Source: Octopus vulgaris
Taxonomy: Eukaryota
Assembly: GCA_951406725.2 (NCBI GenBank)
Contig: OX597829.1
Coordinates: 56,730,001-56,794,000, forward strand
Direction of reading: 5' to 3'
Length of the DNA stretch: 64,000 nucleotides
Below, piece after piece: positions 36,861 to 51,085 of this stretch. Position numbers and translations under genes: made by a program. The notes beneath the pieces are model-generated. The model worked only from the letters and a program-made list of their open reading frames with translations, was not told where the DNA came from and did no database searches. Positions within the stretch are counted from its first letter, which is position 1. The number at the start of each line of letters is the position of its first letter.

Positions 36861-38759
36861 TAGCTTGGTTCGATGAGTGAGTTTTGGTGGTAAATATTTT
36901 GAGAAATTTTATTTCTTCCTTTTTCTTTTTTATGTAAGAAGGAGAAATAAACTTTGGAGTTTTGGGTTTTTTTAATTTTGGACGAAATTTGGTGCCTTTC
37001 AATTTTAATCTCTTCTCGTCAGATCTTAATGTCCTGGTGATAGTTAAAGGCTTTTTGTGTTCCAAGTTCATATTCCTCGGGGGTTAACCTTGCCTTTCAT
37101 TCGTTGGTGACCGATAAAACAAGAATCGGTCAGATGCTGGTTTCATACAATCGACCCTAAACCCTTCCAACAAAACGTGTCGCCCTGTGCGTGTGTTCAG
37201 TGCCACTTTAATGTATTTATTTTTGATGTTTCTCCTATTTCTTCAACATGGACCTGAGCGAGAAAACTTCGTTGCCCAAAATAAAGAAACATTCACATAT
37301 ACAAATACACATTGAACGGGCTTCTTCCAGTTTCTGTCTAGCAATTCCACTGACAATGCATTGACCAGTCTGAAGCCATAGCAGAAGACATCTGCATGTA
37401 GTGTCTTGCGGGGGGAACAAGTCCTGGACCATGCATGGGGTTACCAAGTGAAATTCTTGACCACATAACCAAAAAACTCCACGTTATTAACCACACTAAG
37501 TCCACATGCTGTGCTGGACTGAAAACCAGATTCAATCTACCAGACACCACACCAGTAATGTCTGTGTTTGGTCTTTTGTAATTAGTCACCAATTTAACCC
37601 TTTTGTTACCATATTTCTGTTGAAATATACTGCTCTTGTTTCAAATAATTTTGTAAAAAAAAAAAAAAAGAATTTAAGAATTTACTGAAATGACTTTATC
37701 ATTATCAAAGCTAGTGTCTGCAACATTAAGTGACAAGAAATTTTGATGAAAAGTTTTAACCAAGATCACTTTATGACAGAACGTTTATACCATAGAACCA
37801 GAAAGGTGGATTAGTATGAAAAGGGTTAACAAAATGGACAGCAAGCAAATACAGTTTCCTCAAGTTTAGGGGAAAAAAATTAGAGTTTAGATAGAGGTTC
37901 TATATACAGACTTTGAAATAACAGGATTTGAAAAGGAAGTGTTTTGGTTATGTAACAAATAATACCATGTTTCTGTACCTCCAGAGTGTATTGGTGATGT
38001 CTTGATAATTCACCCCCCCCCCCCCCAGACCCTAGTAAAAGGGAAATAGGAAGACCTTAAAGTGGGTGTCTGACTAACATCAGAGAACGGGTAGGAAGGA
38101 AAATGGCTATTTTGACTAGAAAAGAAGGCTTGGACAAAGTTGGTGTCATTTATTGAGTACGTTGTCATTGGCACCACCATCATCACTGTTGTCGCCATCA
38201 ACCATGGTCTTAATTTCTCTAAACTTTAGGAAAGAGACATGATGGCCATGGCTGGAATGTGTAGATCACAGTTCAGCTTGCATAGAGTTGATTTGGGGTT
38301 AAATAACATTAACAACTCACTTCGTCTTTCTTTTCTCTTTACCAAAAAATTACATTGCAGTCCTTGCTTGCTGCTAATTGCTGTTCCATCTGTGACCATC
38401 CCATTTATATCCAGACACATTGTATCTAAGATTACGTTATCCAACATGTCCTTCCTTATTTCAAGAGTATGGGGTGTGATTAGATTGTTGGTCATTTAGA
38501 GATTCCCTCATTGGCTCACAATGTGAATTGTTATTTTTTTGGGGTCATTATAATAGCAGTTGAAGACATTTGAAAATTTCATAGACAGATTATAAAACCA
38601 AGGACGAAGTTGGAAGAATGGTAAAGGGAGAAGAAAATTTATTACGCAGTAAAAAGAGAAAAATAAAAATATTTTGCTTAGGATTGGAAAAAAAAATTTC
38701 AGAAACTTTTAATAGAATACAAAATAAGTGAGGAAAGAGGAAAATAAAACCCAAAATTA

Positions 38760-41150
38760 TGTGCATGGATGATATCAAGAATTGGACAGACTTATATCAC
38801 TGATGTGCTTATAAGGACAGCACAAGACTTGATTGTTCTCATTCTGGTCGACAATGTAATTAACATCCTTGGTCAATCCAATTCAAGTGGTATGACTACT
38901 GTTTCAGAAAAGTTTGGATCTACAGGTAAATAGATCCTTGCTAAATCTGGTCGGTAACTCACTCATCCTAGACATCAATAGCAGGAAGAATGATGGTGGT
39001 GCTTTCTGACTAGTGACCAAGTACACCTTAACAGAAGCAGAGTAGCCGGTACTCATTATTGTTTGTAAATGTCCACAGATATTATATGAGAGTTACTGAC
39101 AGGAGACAAGGTGTGGACACCCAAACAATCAGTTCCAACTGTCTAACAGATATTGTCTAAATTTCCATAATACTCCAAAATAGACTTGGACAAATTACAG
39201 CAGGTTATTTTTGAGTAGTTTGCTATATAGACAACAAATCTGTGATCTATATAGTCAATGAAGATCAGTAATTGGTAGCTAACATGCCTTTCCTTGTAGA
39301 GAAAGACAAATCTACAATTATATATTTGATAGACTGCAACGAGAGCATGTTATCTGATTCCAGATAAATGCAAGTGGTTTTCGAGAAGCAGTTTGCAGAA
39401 ATTTTTGTCAGAGATGATGATTTTAATGACTACCTGGACAGTCTACTATGATTCTTGATTAGGTTCTCAGAGTACAGTGAAAAACTGATTTCATTGTGTG
39501 TGTTGAGCCTCTATTCAAAGTATGAACAGTTGGAACTGAATAGTCTGCCAATGAGCTTCATGTCATTTTGCTACTGTCTCGGTAGTTGTCTGCTGTAGAT
39601 GGCATTCTGAGTCACATGAACCAGAGAATAGTGATGCTGCCAAGGAAGGATCCAAACAAGGCATCATAATTAACAACTTCTGGCCCATAACTGCTATGTG
39701 TAGAGTTGAAGATTTTGACAATGATTCTTGACAAGGGGTTGGTCTATGCTGTCAGTAGTGCAGATAAAGATGCAAACTTATACATTCCTTGCCATTAGAA
39801 CAGTTTTGGTCCCATTTTTAGAAATTGAATGTCTCTAAAGTATTGCAGCATTGTTCTTTGATCAAGCAAAATGGTCAAATCTCAGAACCATTTTGTATTG
39901 TGCAGTCTTTATATCAAAGATTTTCCCTCTCCTATTGGCATTATGTTTTGGTGCTAGAATTATTGTTTTGGAAGTGGGGAACTTTGAAAGGAAGCATTCT
40001 TGAACTAGGGCATAGGAGAGCTGTATCTACAAATGCGGATAGTGTCAGACACATCAGAAATAAAAAAAATCAGCTATATACTGGGGGAGCATTACAAAGT
40101 TGTATTAACGAAGAGATTGGTGTTGCATCTTCACAGCTAAAGAAACAAGCACATATTAGCAAGAGGCAGTTTCTGCTGCTGGACTGAAATTCTGGTTAAG
40201 GTGCTCATGGCTGATTCGAGCCATACCCCTGGGTGGAGAAACCTTAATAAGTGGTGGTGAGCAAGGTGGCTTGTCTCATTCAGGAATTGGTTCAGAGGAT
40301 GTCTGTGAAAGTTTGGGTGGAAGTAGCAGATGTCTATATAACGGTGGTGCTTTGCTACCATTGATCCATCACGTCTTGTCCCATAAAACTCTTGACAGAA
40401 TGAGTCCGTTTCCTTTTTTTTGTCTTTTGTAGAAGGGACAGGTTTTACTGGTCAGGAGATCCATCTGCTACACACACTAATTCCATTGCAGAGAAGGGGA
40501 GGGTCTCTGAATGCCATCATTGATTTTGGGAAAGCATGCATTAAGGCTGGGATCACTGCACCAATAATGGTAAGCAGATACAGATACCTTTTTATAGTTT
40601 ATCTCCTTGATCAAGCTACACTTTTGGGTGAAGCTCAGACCAACATTGGGTTCTTGATATTTGGATTGTTGCTGGTATTCAGGCACTCTACCAGCTGAAC
40701 AATAACCAGTGGAATGTTGACCTTAATATTCTATAATGGGTTAATGGGTGGTATGAATGATAATGACCTGGCAGTACTTGAGGAAGGCTTTTCTAGTTAG
40801 AGATGAACTCCACAAGTATGGAAGTAGCTGCAGGTGAACCTGTTTGAGATGTATACAGAACAATAAACCCATCCTATATACATCTGTTCAGTGTCCGACC
40901 ATTGTCCGTTTGTGGGTTTGCATTGGACAGTTGTGTGTGTCAGACAGATCTGTCTATCAACCAAATATAGTATTAACCTGCTTTTGACAAAGGAATGTGG
41001 CTTGTCCTTACTCTGCCTGGTTTCTATTGTGAAAGAAAATTGGGGATTGAGAACAAGGATTCTTCTCACTGGCCATTCTGTCATTAACCTATTTAAGAAC
41101 CTGCTGAAGAGGAAGGTGGAGATATAGGTGCTGCCTCTTTCTATGTTTTA
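38760..41150 (+). mobile_element. Highly decayed Tx1/L1-clade LINE ORF2 remnant
   Basis: NNFWPITAM and IKQNGQISEPFCIVQSLYQRFSLSYWHYVLVLE resemble L1/Tx1 RT segments. Many stops. Confidence 0.55.
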
Positions 41151-41299
41151 TGAAAGATGGATGAGAACATCCATCTTTGTGTCTGGGGAAAGTTATTCTG
41201 TTTTAATGCCTTATTAATTAACACACTCACTGGTTTGATTACCACTCATTACTTATTTATTCATTTTTATTCTAAAATTTTCATTGCTTTTTGTAACCT

Positions 41300-42270
41300 C
41301 TTCAGTAGCTGTTGACTGTCCATTATCAGAGCTGCAGGGCAGCTGACCTCTATGATGGTACATACCTTTTCCACTCTGTCCCAAACAACAATATCCAGTC
41401 TGTTATGCTTACATTTGACAAATGTATATATGTATGGATGGATGGGTGGGTGGGTGGATGCATGCATGCATGTACGTGTGTATGTATGTGTGTACGTACC
41501 TATGTCAAGTTGATCCAGTGTGCCTCCATGTTGGTAGAGTATGGAGGACTGTTTTCTTGTCATCATATTGTCTCAAATGTTCATTTAGTCTCTCTGCAAT
41601 GTTTCTAGATGTCTCAGCAATGTATGTCATGTTCTTGTCTTTACAAGCACCCTCTATGCACCTTATGCTGTGGATTACATTTCTAGTTCTAAAGTTTACA
41701 TACCTATTTCTATTTCTTTACTACCCACAAGGGGCTAAACACAGAGGGGACAAACAAGGACAGACATAGGTATTAAGTCGATTACATCGACCCCAGTTCG
41801 TAACTAGTACTTAATTTATCGACCCCGAAAGGATGAAAGGCAAAGTCGACCTCGGCTGAATTTGAACTCACAACATAACGCAGACGAAATACCGCTAAGC
41901 ATTTCGCCCAGCGTGCTAATGTTTCTGCCAGCTCGCCGCCTTAAAGTTTACATACCATGCAGTTCTCATTGGTGCATGTGGTATTCTCAAAGGGGTGCAT
42001 CCTATATAATTGTTTATCTGATGGTGCTTCCTGGCTTTCCAACGATCTTAATGTTGAGTTTGGTTTCCTTCAGAACTTTCCTAAATCTATGGGCTGTGGC
42101 CTCTACAAACACCACTCTTTGATATTTGTCAGCCTTGTACCATGTGTTCACCCTGTTTACTTTGTCACAAACATTCTGTATCCTATTCCAGTCTTTATCT
42201 CTGTATCTAGGACAGGTACCACTAGTTTCATTACACATAATGCTGTCTAACTTCTTTCTATCTCCCCTGT
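41300..42270 (-). mobile_element. RLE-type LINE 3' fragment interrupted by a SINE (41703-41942)
   Basis: CKHNRLDIVVWDRVEKVCTIIEVSCP matches the PD-(D/E)xK restriction-like endonuclease pattern. Confidence 0.6.
41703..41942 (-). mobile_element. tRNA-derived SINE family B; other copies at about 456-688(+), 9805-10000(-), 23590-23775(-) and 62820-63036(-)
   Basis: Head GGCGGCGAGCTGGCAGAA, B-box-like GAGTTCAAAT and conserved core GCCTTTCATCCTTTCGGGGTCGATAAATTAAGTAC. Confidence 0.85.
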
Positions 42271-42469
42271 ATACAATAAGATTGATGATGGCTAAATGAA
42301 CCTATTCTGAATATGTGATTGTAAACAGGAAGCAAGAAATAGGAAGACGGGTGAGGGCACTGCTGATGTCTTTATAACAGATTAACTGAAGTCTTTGTAT
42401 GGGTTTTTCCCTCTGAGTTACGTAATACGATCCCCTCACACCTTTTGAAAAGATTCTCTTGTTAATACT

Positions 42470-42822
42470 TATTACCTCTGCCTTAGTGAAGGCAGAGGTA
42501 TTGTTTTCAGTTGTGTTTGTTTTTTTGTCCGTGGACAAGATATCTCAAGAACCACTGGATGGATTCGGATGAAACTGTCAGGGATGTTTGGCCTCATGAA
42601 TAGCACAAAGTGATTAGATTTTGGGATCGATCTGGTACAGGACAAATATTCTGGATTATTTTTCCTGTTTTTTTACTTAAGTTTTGAGAGCATTCAGGTT
42701 CATACTTAGTATTCTCATTCGTAAGAGCAGTCGAGTTTATTTCAGTTATTCTCATTTCAAAAATCATCTCCGGCTAATCGTTGAGAGGACGTTGGTGTTG
42801 CCTTGGAGGAGGTTTGTGCTCT
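42470..42822 (+). mobile_element. Helentron/DINE-like short non-autonomous element
   Basis: 5' ATTACCTCTGCC-TTAGTGAA-GGCAGAGGTATT hairpin, a short (TTTG)-like tract and a 3' GGAGGAGGT sub-terminal repeat. Confidence 0.55.
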
Positions 42823-43536
42823 TGTTATGTTTGCTTTCTTTTTACTTAATATAAACCTCCCATTATATTCTACTTAAGTCCTTTTACTGTATCCACTGTC
42901 TTTGGCCCTTGCAGCTAATAAACTATTATTATTATTATTATTATTGAACTAACAGAATCATTGGCAACCTGGGCGAAATGCTTCATGATATTTCATCCAT
43001 CTTTGCATTCTGGATTCAAATGCTGCAGGGGTTGACTTTGCTTTTCATCCTTTAAGTATCAGTAGCGCACGGGGAAGGGGGGGAGGTTGATGTAATCAAC
43101 TTGCTCTCCCACCCAAAAATTGCTGGCCTTGTACCAAAATTTGAAACATTATTATTATTATTATTGTTGTTGTTGTTGTTTTTGTTGTTGTTTTTGTTGT
43201 TGTTGTTGTTAAATATTAAAATGGTAAGCTGTTAGGATCATTAGCACATCAGACAAAATGTTTAACAGCACTTCTTCAGACTCTGAGTTCAAATTCTGCT
43301 GAGATTGATAATACAAGTATGTTAAGCTCCAGGGTCAGTATAATCAACTAACCCCTTCCTCCTAAAATTGATAGCCTTGTGCCAAAATTTGAAACTGCCA
43401 GCAGCAGCAGCAGTAGTCGTAGTATTAGTAGTAGACTTGTAATTTGGTGAGAATGGATATATTCAGAGTTTCTCCACGGAGGTTTGGATTACCATATTCA
43501 TACTTGAAGGGAAAATGTTGCTGTCAGATAATTTTC

Positions 43537-43930
43537 GCAGGAGTGGCTGTGTGGTAAGTAGCTTGCTAACCAACCACATGGTTCCGGGTTCAGTCCCACT
43601 GCGTGGCATCTTGGGCAAGTGTCTTCTGCTATAGCCCCGGGCCGACCAAAGCCTTGTGAATGGATTTGGTAGACGGAAACTGAAAGAAGCCTGTCGTATA
43701 TATGTATGTGTATGTGTGTGTTTGTGTGTCTGTGTTTGTCCCCCTAGCATTTGCTTGACAACCGATGCTGGTGTGTTTACGTCCCCGTCACTTAGCGGTT
43801 CGGCAAAAAGAGACCAATAGAATAAGTACTGGGCTTACAAAAGAATAAGTCCCGGGGTCGATTTGCTTGACTAAAGGCGGTGCTCCAGCATGGCCGCAGT
43901 CAAATGACTGAAACAAGTAAAAGAGAGAGA
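43537..43930 (+). mobile_element. tRNA-derived SINE family A; other copies at about 13435-13672(+), 21164-21556(+), 59155-59546(-) and 54070-54360(+)
   Basis: A box TGGCTGTGTGG, B box GGTTCAGTCCC, an internal (TG)n tract and tail tgactgaaacaagtaaaagag. The copies are near-identical within the window. Confidence 0.9.
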
Positions 43931-44929
43931 GTAATAATAATAATGAAATTATTGTATCCAGTGGGCTCAGGTGCCCCACAACTTGTCAAAAGTGTGTATA
44001 AAGCATATGCAGTAATGTACAAATGTCTGGGAAGGGAACAGGGTATGATGAGTCAGATAGCAGAGTATTACCCTGTTTACTTTGGGGTGGAAAAGAAACA
44101 AGGTTTATTCTTGTATGTTTCAGACTTTGTAACCAATCACTGCTTGTTAATCGGTTACAGGCTTCTTTTGCTGGGGTAACAGCGAGAAGTACCAATAAAT
44201 AAGAAAGCAGCAGCAGTCATGCTCTCAAGGAATAAATTTGTAAAAGCATAAATACAGAATTAAATTTAAAAAAACAAACAGATTAACAGAAGATAAAATA
44301 AGAAAATGAACATGGGTCAGGCAGATGTCACAAACTTGCAAAAATTTCCAAACAACAAAAATAATAATTCACTCCTTCTGCTACTAATCAAAATAATAAT
44401 AATAATAATAAATAAAAACAACAACAACAACAACAACAAGGATTAAGGCAATGAACACAGCTGTCATGGAATGTTATTACAAATAAAAATATATTGGGGT
44501 AAGCAAGTAAAATAATTATCTAGGATCCTGGGCACCTCGTTATTATTAACCCAAAATAAGTGGGTTTTTTTTTACACCATCCTGTATCAAATGGCTATGT
44601 ATCTGCTGTCTATAATATTTGCAATATTTCTTTTTTTTTTTTTAAATTTAGAATCTTTCATTCCAGTGATAGAAACTGTTTTGGACCAGGAATTGAAACT
44701 GCGTCAATGTTTCTATTCACATTGATATAAAAGCATAATTTTCAAACTCGCACCCTTCTTCCAAAGATTCAGTGGAATTATGTAATTTCAAATTGTTCCA
44801 GCTACATGTCTGCTATTTGGAACCACGACTGTTTGGTCTGTTATTTATATTTACTCATTTTTTAATGTTACTTTTTGAGTTAACCTGTTGATGATGAAGG
44901 GAAGCTCATTAGGGGATATAGAAAGAGAA

Positions 44930-47440
44930 TGCAGGACATTATGGGACAGGGACTCTGTGGCCAGGCAAGGATCATAAGGAAGAAAGGATGGCTAACAGCG
45001 TTAGAGTTTGGTGAGATTTAGAAGAAAGTAACGATTGAAAACATGAGTGAAGTTGAAATGGCAGAAAGAATGTTGACAAGGTTGTGCTTAGGAGGATTGT
45101 ACTGGTTTAAGTTTTGAGAATATGGAAGGACAGAGGAATGATTGACGATGTCTCTAGTATCATTGAGAAAAATCTGGACAAGGAAGTAAATGGATTCAGG
45201 AAATGGATAGAATTTTGCTCAGAGGATGAACTCAGAAGGTGAATAAGATATTGAAAAAAATTAAGATAAATATTATAACTGGAACAAATAGATTGATTAA
45301 AGCTTGTGTCACCTACAGAGGAAAGAAAGTAGGCCTCAAGACAAACCATAAAAGAGGAAATGTAGAAAAAAGCCTTGGAGGAAAAGAAGAAGAAGAAAGC
45401 AATCAATGAATACATATCAACATTTTGGAAAGAAAGAAACAAGATGAAATCAGGAAGAAGGAGAAATATCAGGAAGAACTGTAGGTATAGGATAAAAAGA
45501 TAAAAAGGTGGTTAAATGTAGTTCTTGAAGAGCTGAAACAAAGACTGCTGGCTAAAGTGACAAAGATCAAGAGATATGATTAAAGAGTTGAATAATTTAA
45601 AATCAGCAGATTGTTCCAACAGGATCAGACAAAGGTTTATCAGAAGCTGAATGGAAAGGTTAAAAGCAGTGAGAAACCAGATGCTGAAGAAAGTAGGAGG
45701 TTTTGGAGTAACATCTTGGATAATAGAAGAAAGTGCAAGAAAGATGTTGAATGGTTGACGGAATTAAGATGGGAAAAGTATGAAATGAAACAGCAATATA
45801 AAAATGGTGACAAAGCAGACAACAAAGATCCCAAACTGGAAATGCCCCATGGCCGGATGGCGTACAAGGGTGTTGGATGGAAAATTTCTAAGCATTACAC
45901 AAAACAACATCTGTGCAAATGGATAAACTGATCAACAATGGGGTGGAAATTCCAAAGTGTTTGACCACAGGTAAAATGGTTCTTTGCCAAAAGGATCCCA
46001 GTAAAGGTAATACAGTGGATAATTACTGGCCTGTCTTCTGTTTACCCTTGATGTAGAAGTTGACAGAAATAATGTCTAATAGTGGAAAGGAATGACAGAC
46101 TGCCAGTGGAACAAAAGGAAAAACCAAGGGACAAAAGATCAACTTCTGATAGATAGAATGGTGCTGAATAACTACAGGAAAAGATGTACTGATCTGGGCA
46201 TGGTGAGGATCAATTATAAGAAAGTGCACGACATGGTTCCCTATTCTTGGATTTTAGAAAGTTTTGAGCTTGTAAAAGTGTCTGATAACATTTAAAATTT
46301 TATCAGGAGATCAAGGAAGAGCTGGAATACAGAGTCAACATCATGTGGAGAACTTTTGGCGAGGGTTAACATCAAGAGAGGCATATTTCAAAGGGATAAC
46401 CATTCACCATTGCTGCTTTGTGATTTGTATGATACCCCTCACACAGATACTGCAGAATGTGACATTGGGGTACATCTTGAAAAATGGTGTAAAGTTAAAT
46501 TACCTTTAATATACTAGTTGCTGTATGCTCTCATACAATTAACTGGAGCAAGTGAGATTGAGAGCTCTGAGAAATAAAATGATAAATAATAATTAAATGG
46601 AGGGAATAAGATTGAAGTTATCAACAACACCTGGGCGGTTTCACTCCTTAGATGTGGAGCAGGGGTAATTGCATGGACAGTAGATAAACTAAACAGCTTA
46701 GACAGAAAGACAAGGAAGTTGCTTACTAGATGTGGGACACTCCACCCAAAAAGTGACACAGACTGTATGTACCAAGAAAAAGAGGGGGAAGAGGACTTAT
46801 TGGATGCGAACACAGCATTAGAGCAGAGGAAAACAACAGCATGGTATGTGAAAGTGCCACAGAACCGTTATTATTAGAAGTAGGAAGGTCAGGCTGGTGT
46901 AGGATGAAAGATTGCAAAGATCTAGCCCAGAAGGAATATAAGAGATGCCACAACAGTATAGCCAGGCTTGTCCATTGGACACTCTGCAACAAGTATGGAC
47001 TTGACAGACAAAAAATTGGTACGACCACAAACCCGGAGGCATTGTCGAAAATAAAAACGCAAAGATCCTATGGGATTTTATGATTCAGTGTGACCATGTG
47101 ATAGAGAATAGGAAGCCGGACATAGTGTTAATTGAGAAAGAAAACAAACTATGCTGAATCATAGATATAGCATGCCCAGCTGAAAAACAAGGTATGCGAT
47201 AAGGAAGAAAGAAAAGTAGAGAGATATGACAGGTTAGCTTGGGAGGTTAAGCAGTTGTGATCGATGAAAAAGGTAGCAGTAGTACCAATAATTGTTGGAG
47301 CCCTGGGAACAGTGAGCAAAAATCTTGAGAAGTACGTGGAACAAATAGGGGCTGCAATAAGGGTGGAGCACTGCTTGGAACCGCTGGAATACCCTGGAAG
47401 GTGCTCGAAAAAGAAGAGGTGTTACCTTAGTTCACTGGTA
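44930..47440 (+). mobile_element. Decayed R4/Dong-like LINE (RT plus restriction-like endonuclease)
   Basis: GTKDQLLID, INYKKVHDMVPYSW, RGIFQRDNHSPL, EYKRCHNSIARLVHW, RKPDIVLIEK..IIDIACP and VVPIIVGALG. (AAT)n/(AAC)n tracts lie upstream. Confidence 0.85.
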
Positions 47441-49330
47441 GTGAATAGCTGGCACTGTAGTACATCTCCAGCGTTAGAAGCTGTGCAAAAGAAATGGTAA
47501 AATGCAGGGGACTTTCATATACACTTAAAAGTAGGAGATTCTGACCAATGTGGTTTCAAGTGAAAGGGGTAGAGCATATCTGACTGTATGCCTAGTCTCC
47601 TAGACAAGGTGAAGTGACATACTCAGTTGATCTCCCACACACAGGCTTGTGCTGTGACACAGGGGTCACAAATAGGGATACAGGTAGTGACATCAACCTT
47701 TAGGTCATCATCTTTCTGGCTCAGACTGGACAGGTGGTGAATATCAAGGAGACTAAAAATATGTGACCAAGAGAGATCTGAATGGATATACAAATCCTAA
47801 ATAACTGTGAAAACCATAAAGACATACTGGAGCTGTGCCTCAAGGTACAGAAAGAAAAGCAATGTGACTGATGTTACAGGGCAGAAAGCTCAGGTCTGTA
47901 GCTGTGGCAGTAAAGGGTCACTCAAAAACTGGAAAAGTGAAGGAGGAGAGCGATGGTCAGCAGCAGAACCAACAAGTTCCAGAAGTTGCCATGGCTAAAG
48001 CACTTCTGAGGAAAGCCAAATTGCTCAAGTGTACTGTTTCTTCTTGATAAGTAATGGGAAAATGATGATTAGAGCGGTGGATTATCTTGATCTGACTCAG
48101 GAAGTTGTGTGTTTTCCTTTAAATCATCTTTTAAATATGTCTGTGTTTTGGGTAATTATAAGAAAGAAAGCCTAGGACAATTTTTTCCCCAGTAATTACC
48201 TGAAAAAAAGTACCCAACTTTCTCTGTAAGAGTGGTTGACATTAAGAAGGGCATCCAGCCAAAGACGGCACTGGAACTTGATGCCGCCCAGCAGCCACCC
48301 TGTCAAACTGTCCAACAGCATGGAAAGCAGACATTAAATGATGATGATAAGGACACACAGTTTTACTCTTTCCTCATTTCTATAAAGCTTTATTTTGTTT
48401 ATCCTCAAACATTTTGTAACATCGTTAGTGCCGCCTGACTGGCTCCCATGCTGGTGACACATAAAAACACCATTCAATCCTGGTTGATGCCAGTACCACC
48501 TGACTTACCCTGTGCTGGTGGCACGTAAAAATCACCCACTACACTTTTGGAGTGGTTGGTGTTAGGAAGTGCAACAGGCTGTAGAAACACTGCCAGATCA
48601 GATTGGAGCCCGGTGCAGCCTCCTGGCTTGCCAGTCCTCAAACTGTCCAACCCATGCTAGCATGGAAAGTGGATGTTAAACGATGACAAGATGATGATGA
48701 TTACTGTACATGTCCAATTTAAGATAGTAAGGTTTCTTGCTGAACTGCCTTACTTAGAGCAGGTCAAACAACTACACAGTGGCTCAAAGTAAAGGTGGCA
48801 GCTGTTTAATCCGAGATCAGTGCTGTTTGAACACATCAATGATGAAAATGTTTCAGCTATGACCTCTTACTTCTTTGTACTTGGGAGACAACATTTCTGG
48901 TATATCTTCTATTTATGTGTGACTGAAAAAGATTTGGTTGTTGTTTTCAGCAAGACGAGTAACCATGCTAAAGCTGCCTTGTTGAACATCTAGACCAGCT
49001 GACATGCATTAATAATACGTTACATGTGAAACAATATTGTTAAGCAACAATATAGCAGACAGACAGACAGACTGGTTGATACTCTCCTTTGTGGGAAAAT
49101 TATTCGCTTCTCATATTCTATTTGTTTTTTTGTTTGTTTTAGAAAGAAGTAGGAAAGTGGTTAATGTAAGAGATTATGGGAAGTATGAATGGTTTAAGTG
49201 GTGGCAGTGTTTCAGTTACATTATCATCATTTAATGTCTACCTTCCATGCTGGCATGGGTGGTGGGATGGTTTGATTGGAGCTGGCCAGACTGAAGCCTG
49301 CACCAGACTTCTGTGACTGTTTGGAAGGAT

Positions 49331-49990
49331 TTTTACAGCTGGATTCCCTTCCTAACACCAACCACTCAGCAGAGTGGACAGAGTGCTTTTTATGTGGCAC
49401 AAGTAGAGGTGAGGTTAGTTTTGGCAAGGTTTTTACTGCTGGATTCCCTTCCTAACACCAACCACCCAGCAGAGTGGACAGAGTGCTTTTTATGTGGCAC
49501 AAGTAGAGGTGAGGTCAGTTTTGGCAGAGTTTTTACAGCTGGATGCCCTTCCTAACACCAACCATTCAGCAGAGTGGACAGAGTGCTTTTTATGTGGCAC
49601 AAGTAGAGGTGAGGTCAGTTTTGGCAGAGTTTTTACAGCTGGATGCCCTTCCTAACACCAACCATTCAGCAGAGTGGACAGAGTGCTTTTATGTGCCACA
49701 AGTAGAGGTGAGGTCAGTTTTGGCAGAGTTTTTACAGCTGGATGCCCTTCCTAACACCAACCATTCAGCAGAGTGGACAGAGTGCTTTTTATGTGGCACA
49801 AGTAGAGGTGAGGTCAGTTTTGGCAGAGTTTTTACAGCTGGATGCCCTTCCTAACACCAACCACTCAGCAGAGTGGACAGAGTGCTTTTATGTGGCACAA
49901 GTAGAGGTGAGGTCAGTTTTGGCAAGGTTTTTACTGCTGGATGCCCTTCCAAATGCCAACCACTTTGCAGGGTGGACTGGATGCTTTTTA
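49331..49990. repeat. Tandem array of 99-100 bp units (6 full plus 1 partial) within a family C SINE
   Basis: Units start at 49331, 49431, 49531, 49631, 49730, 49830 and 49929. Confidence 0.95.
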
Positions 49991-50999
49991 AGTGGCACCT
50001 GCACTGGCAGGGTCAGCAAGTAAGTGATTTGTAAGACAAAATATTTTTTGAGATGGGAGAGGGCATTGTCAGTGGTGAACTTGTGTCAGATGATGAAAGG
50101 TTATGGTGAGAGAGAGAGAGAGACAAACAGAAACAGGTGTTTTGATGTAGAGGAAGTACAAGGTTACCCAACTGGGGAGAGAGAGAGAGAGAGAGAGACA
50201 GAAACAGGTGTGCTGTCACAAAGGTTTGCAGCAGCATACCTGTTTCTGTCTTCATCCCTGATAAATACATAAGCTCTTTTATAATATAGATTTACAATTA
50301 TCGTCAACATGACGTCCACTTTCCATGTTTGCATCGATCTCATGGAATTCATTGATGCAAATTTTCTATGCCCAAATACCTTTCCTTTGCCAACCCTGAC
50401 CAATTTCCAAGCAGACATATGTTTATCACAAGAAAACTGGGAATGATCAACATTATTTGTATGGTAATGATGATGATGATGCTTGTTTACATCCATCACA
50501 TAATGTCAAGATAAGGAAACACATGAATTTCTCTCACTTTCCATCAATCAAATCCACTCACAAGGCTTTGGAAAGTCTGGATCAAGGTACTGCATGGTGG
50601 GAGTGGACCTGAAAACACGGCTGAGGAGCAAGTTGTGTTGACCACAGAAAGAGGTGAGGGATGGTGACAAGAAGGGCATCTGGACTTGGAAAATCTGCCT
50701 CATCAAATTCTGTCTGACTCATTGCAAGTGTGGGAATGTGAACCTTCAATGATGACGACATTATGCAATGGAAAAGTCTGCCTGTGAAATATTTCAGAGG
50801 TAAAAAACATCTGTTCATTTCAGGACTTCAATTCCACTGGCTGTAGTTTAAAAGGGGCTTCATGAAGTAAGAAAAGAAACAAAAACAAACTCCGGAATAT
50901 GGATCAGAAATTGCAAAACAAGAGTTGTCAACTGCCTCAAGCAACAAACGGATTCACTGGACTTAGGCAGGGGCATCTTATTGCAAGAAAATATAAAAT

Positions 51000-51085
51000 A
51001 AAAAAATAAATTCAAACATCAAAGAAACTAGAAAACAAAAAGAAAAACAAAGAAAAAGAAGCTGAGGTATTGTGAAACATTTATT
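51000..51085 (-). terminator. Candidate NEURL4 polyadenylation signal (AATAAA at 51085-51080) with a downstream U-rich element
   Basis: Minus-strand AATAAA followed about 25 nt later by a long T/GT-rich tract, implying a 3' UTR of about 2.6 kb. Other AATAAA sites are possible in such AT-rich DNA. Confidence 0.4.

Noticed and set aside
43537-43610. tRNA-like sequences with A and B boxes
   Set aside because: These are SINE heads that continue into SINE bodies; there is no complete cloverleaf.
49313-50023. Regular array resembling CRISPR or a repeat-protein gene
   Set aside because: The units are near-identical along their whole length with no unique spacers, there are no cas genes, the context is eukaryotic, and the unit derives from a SINE.
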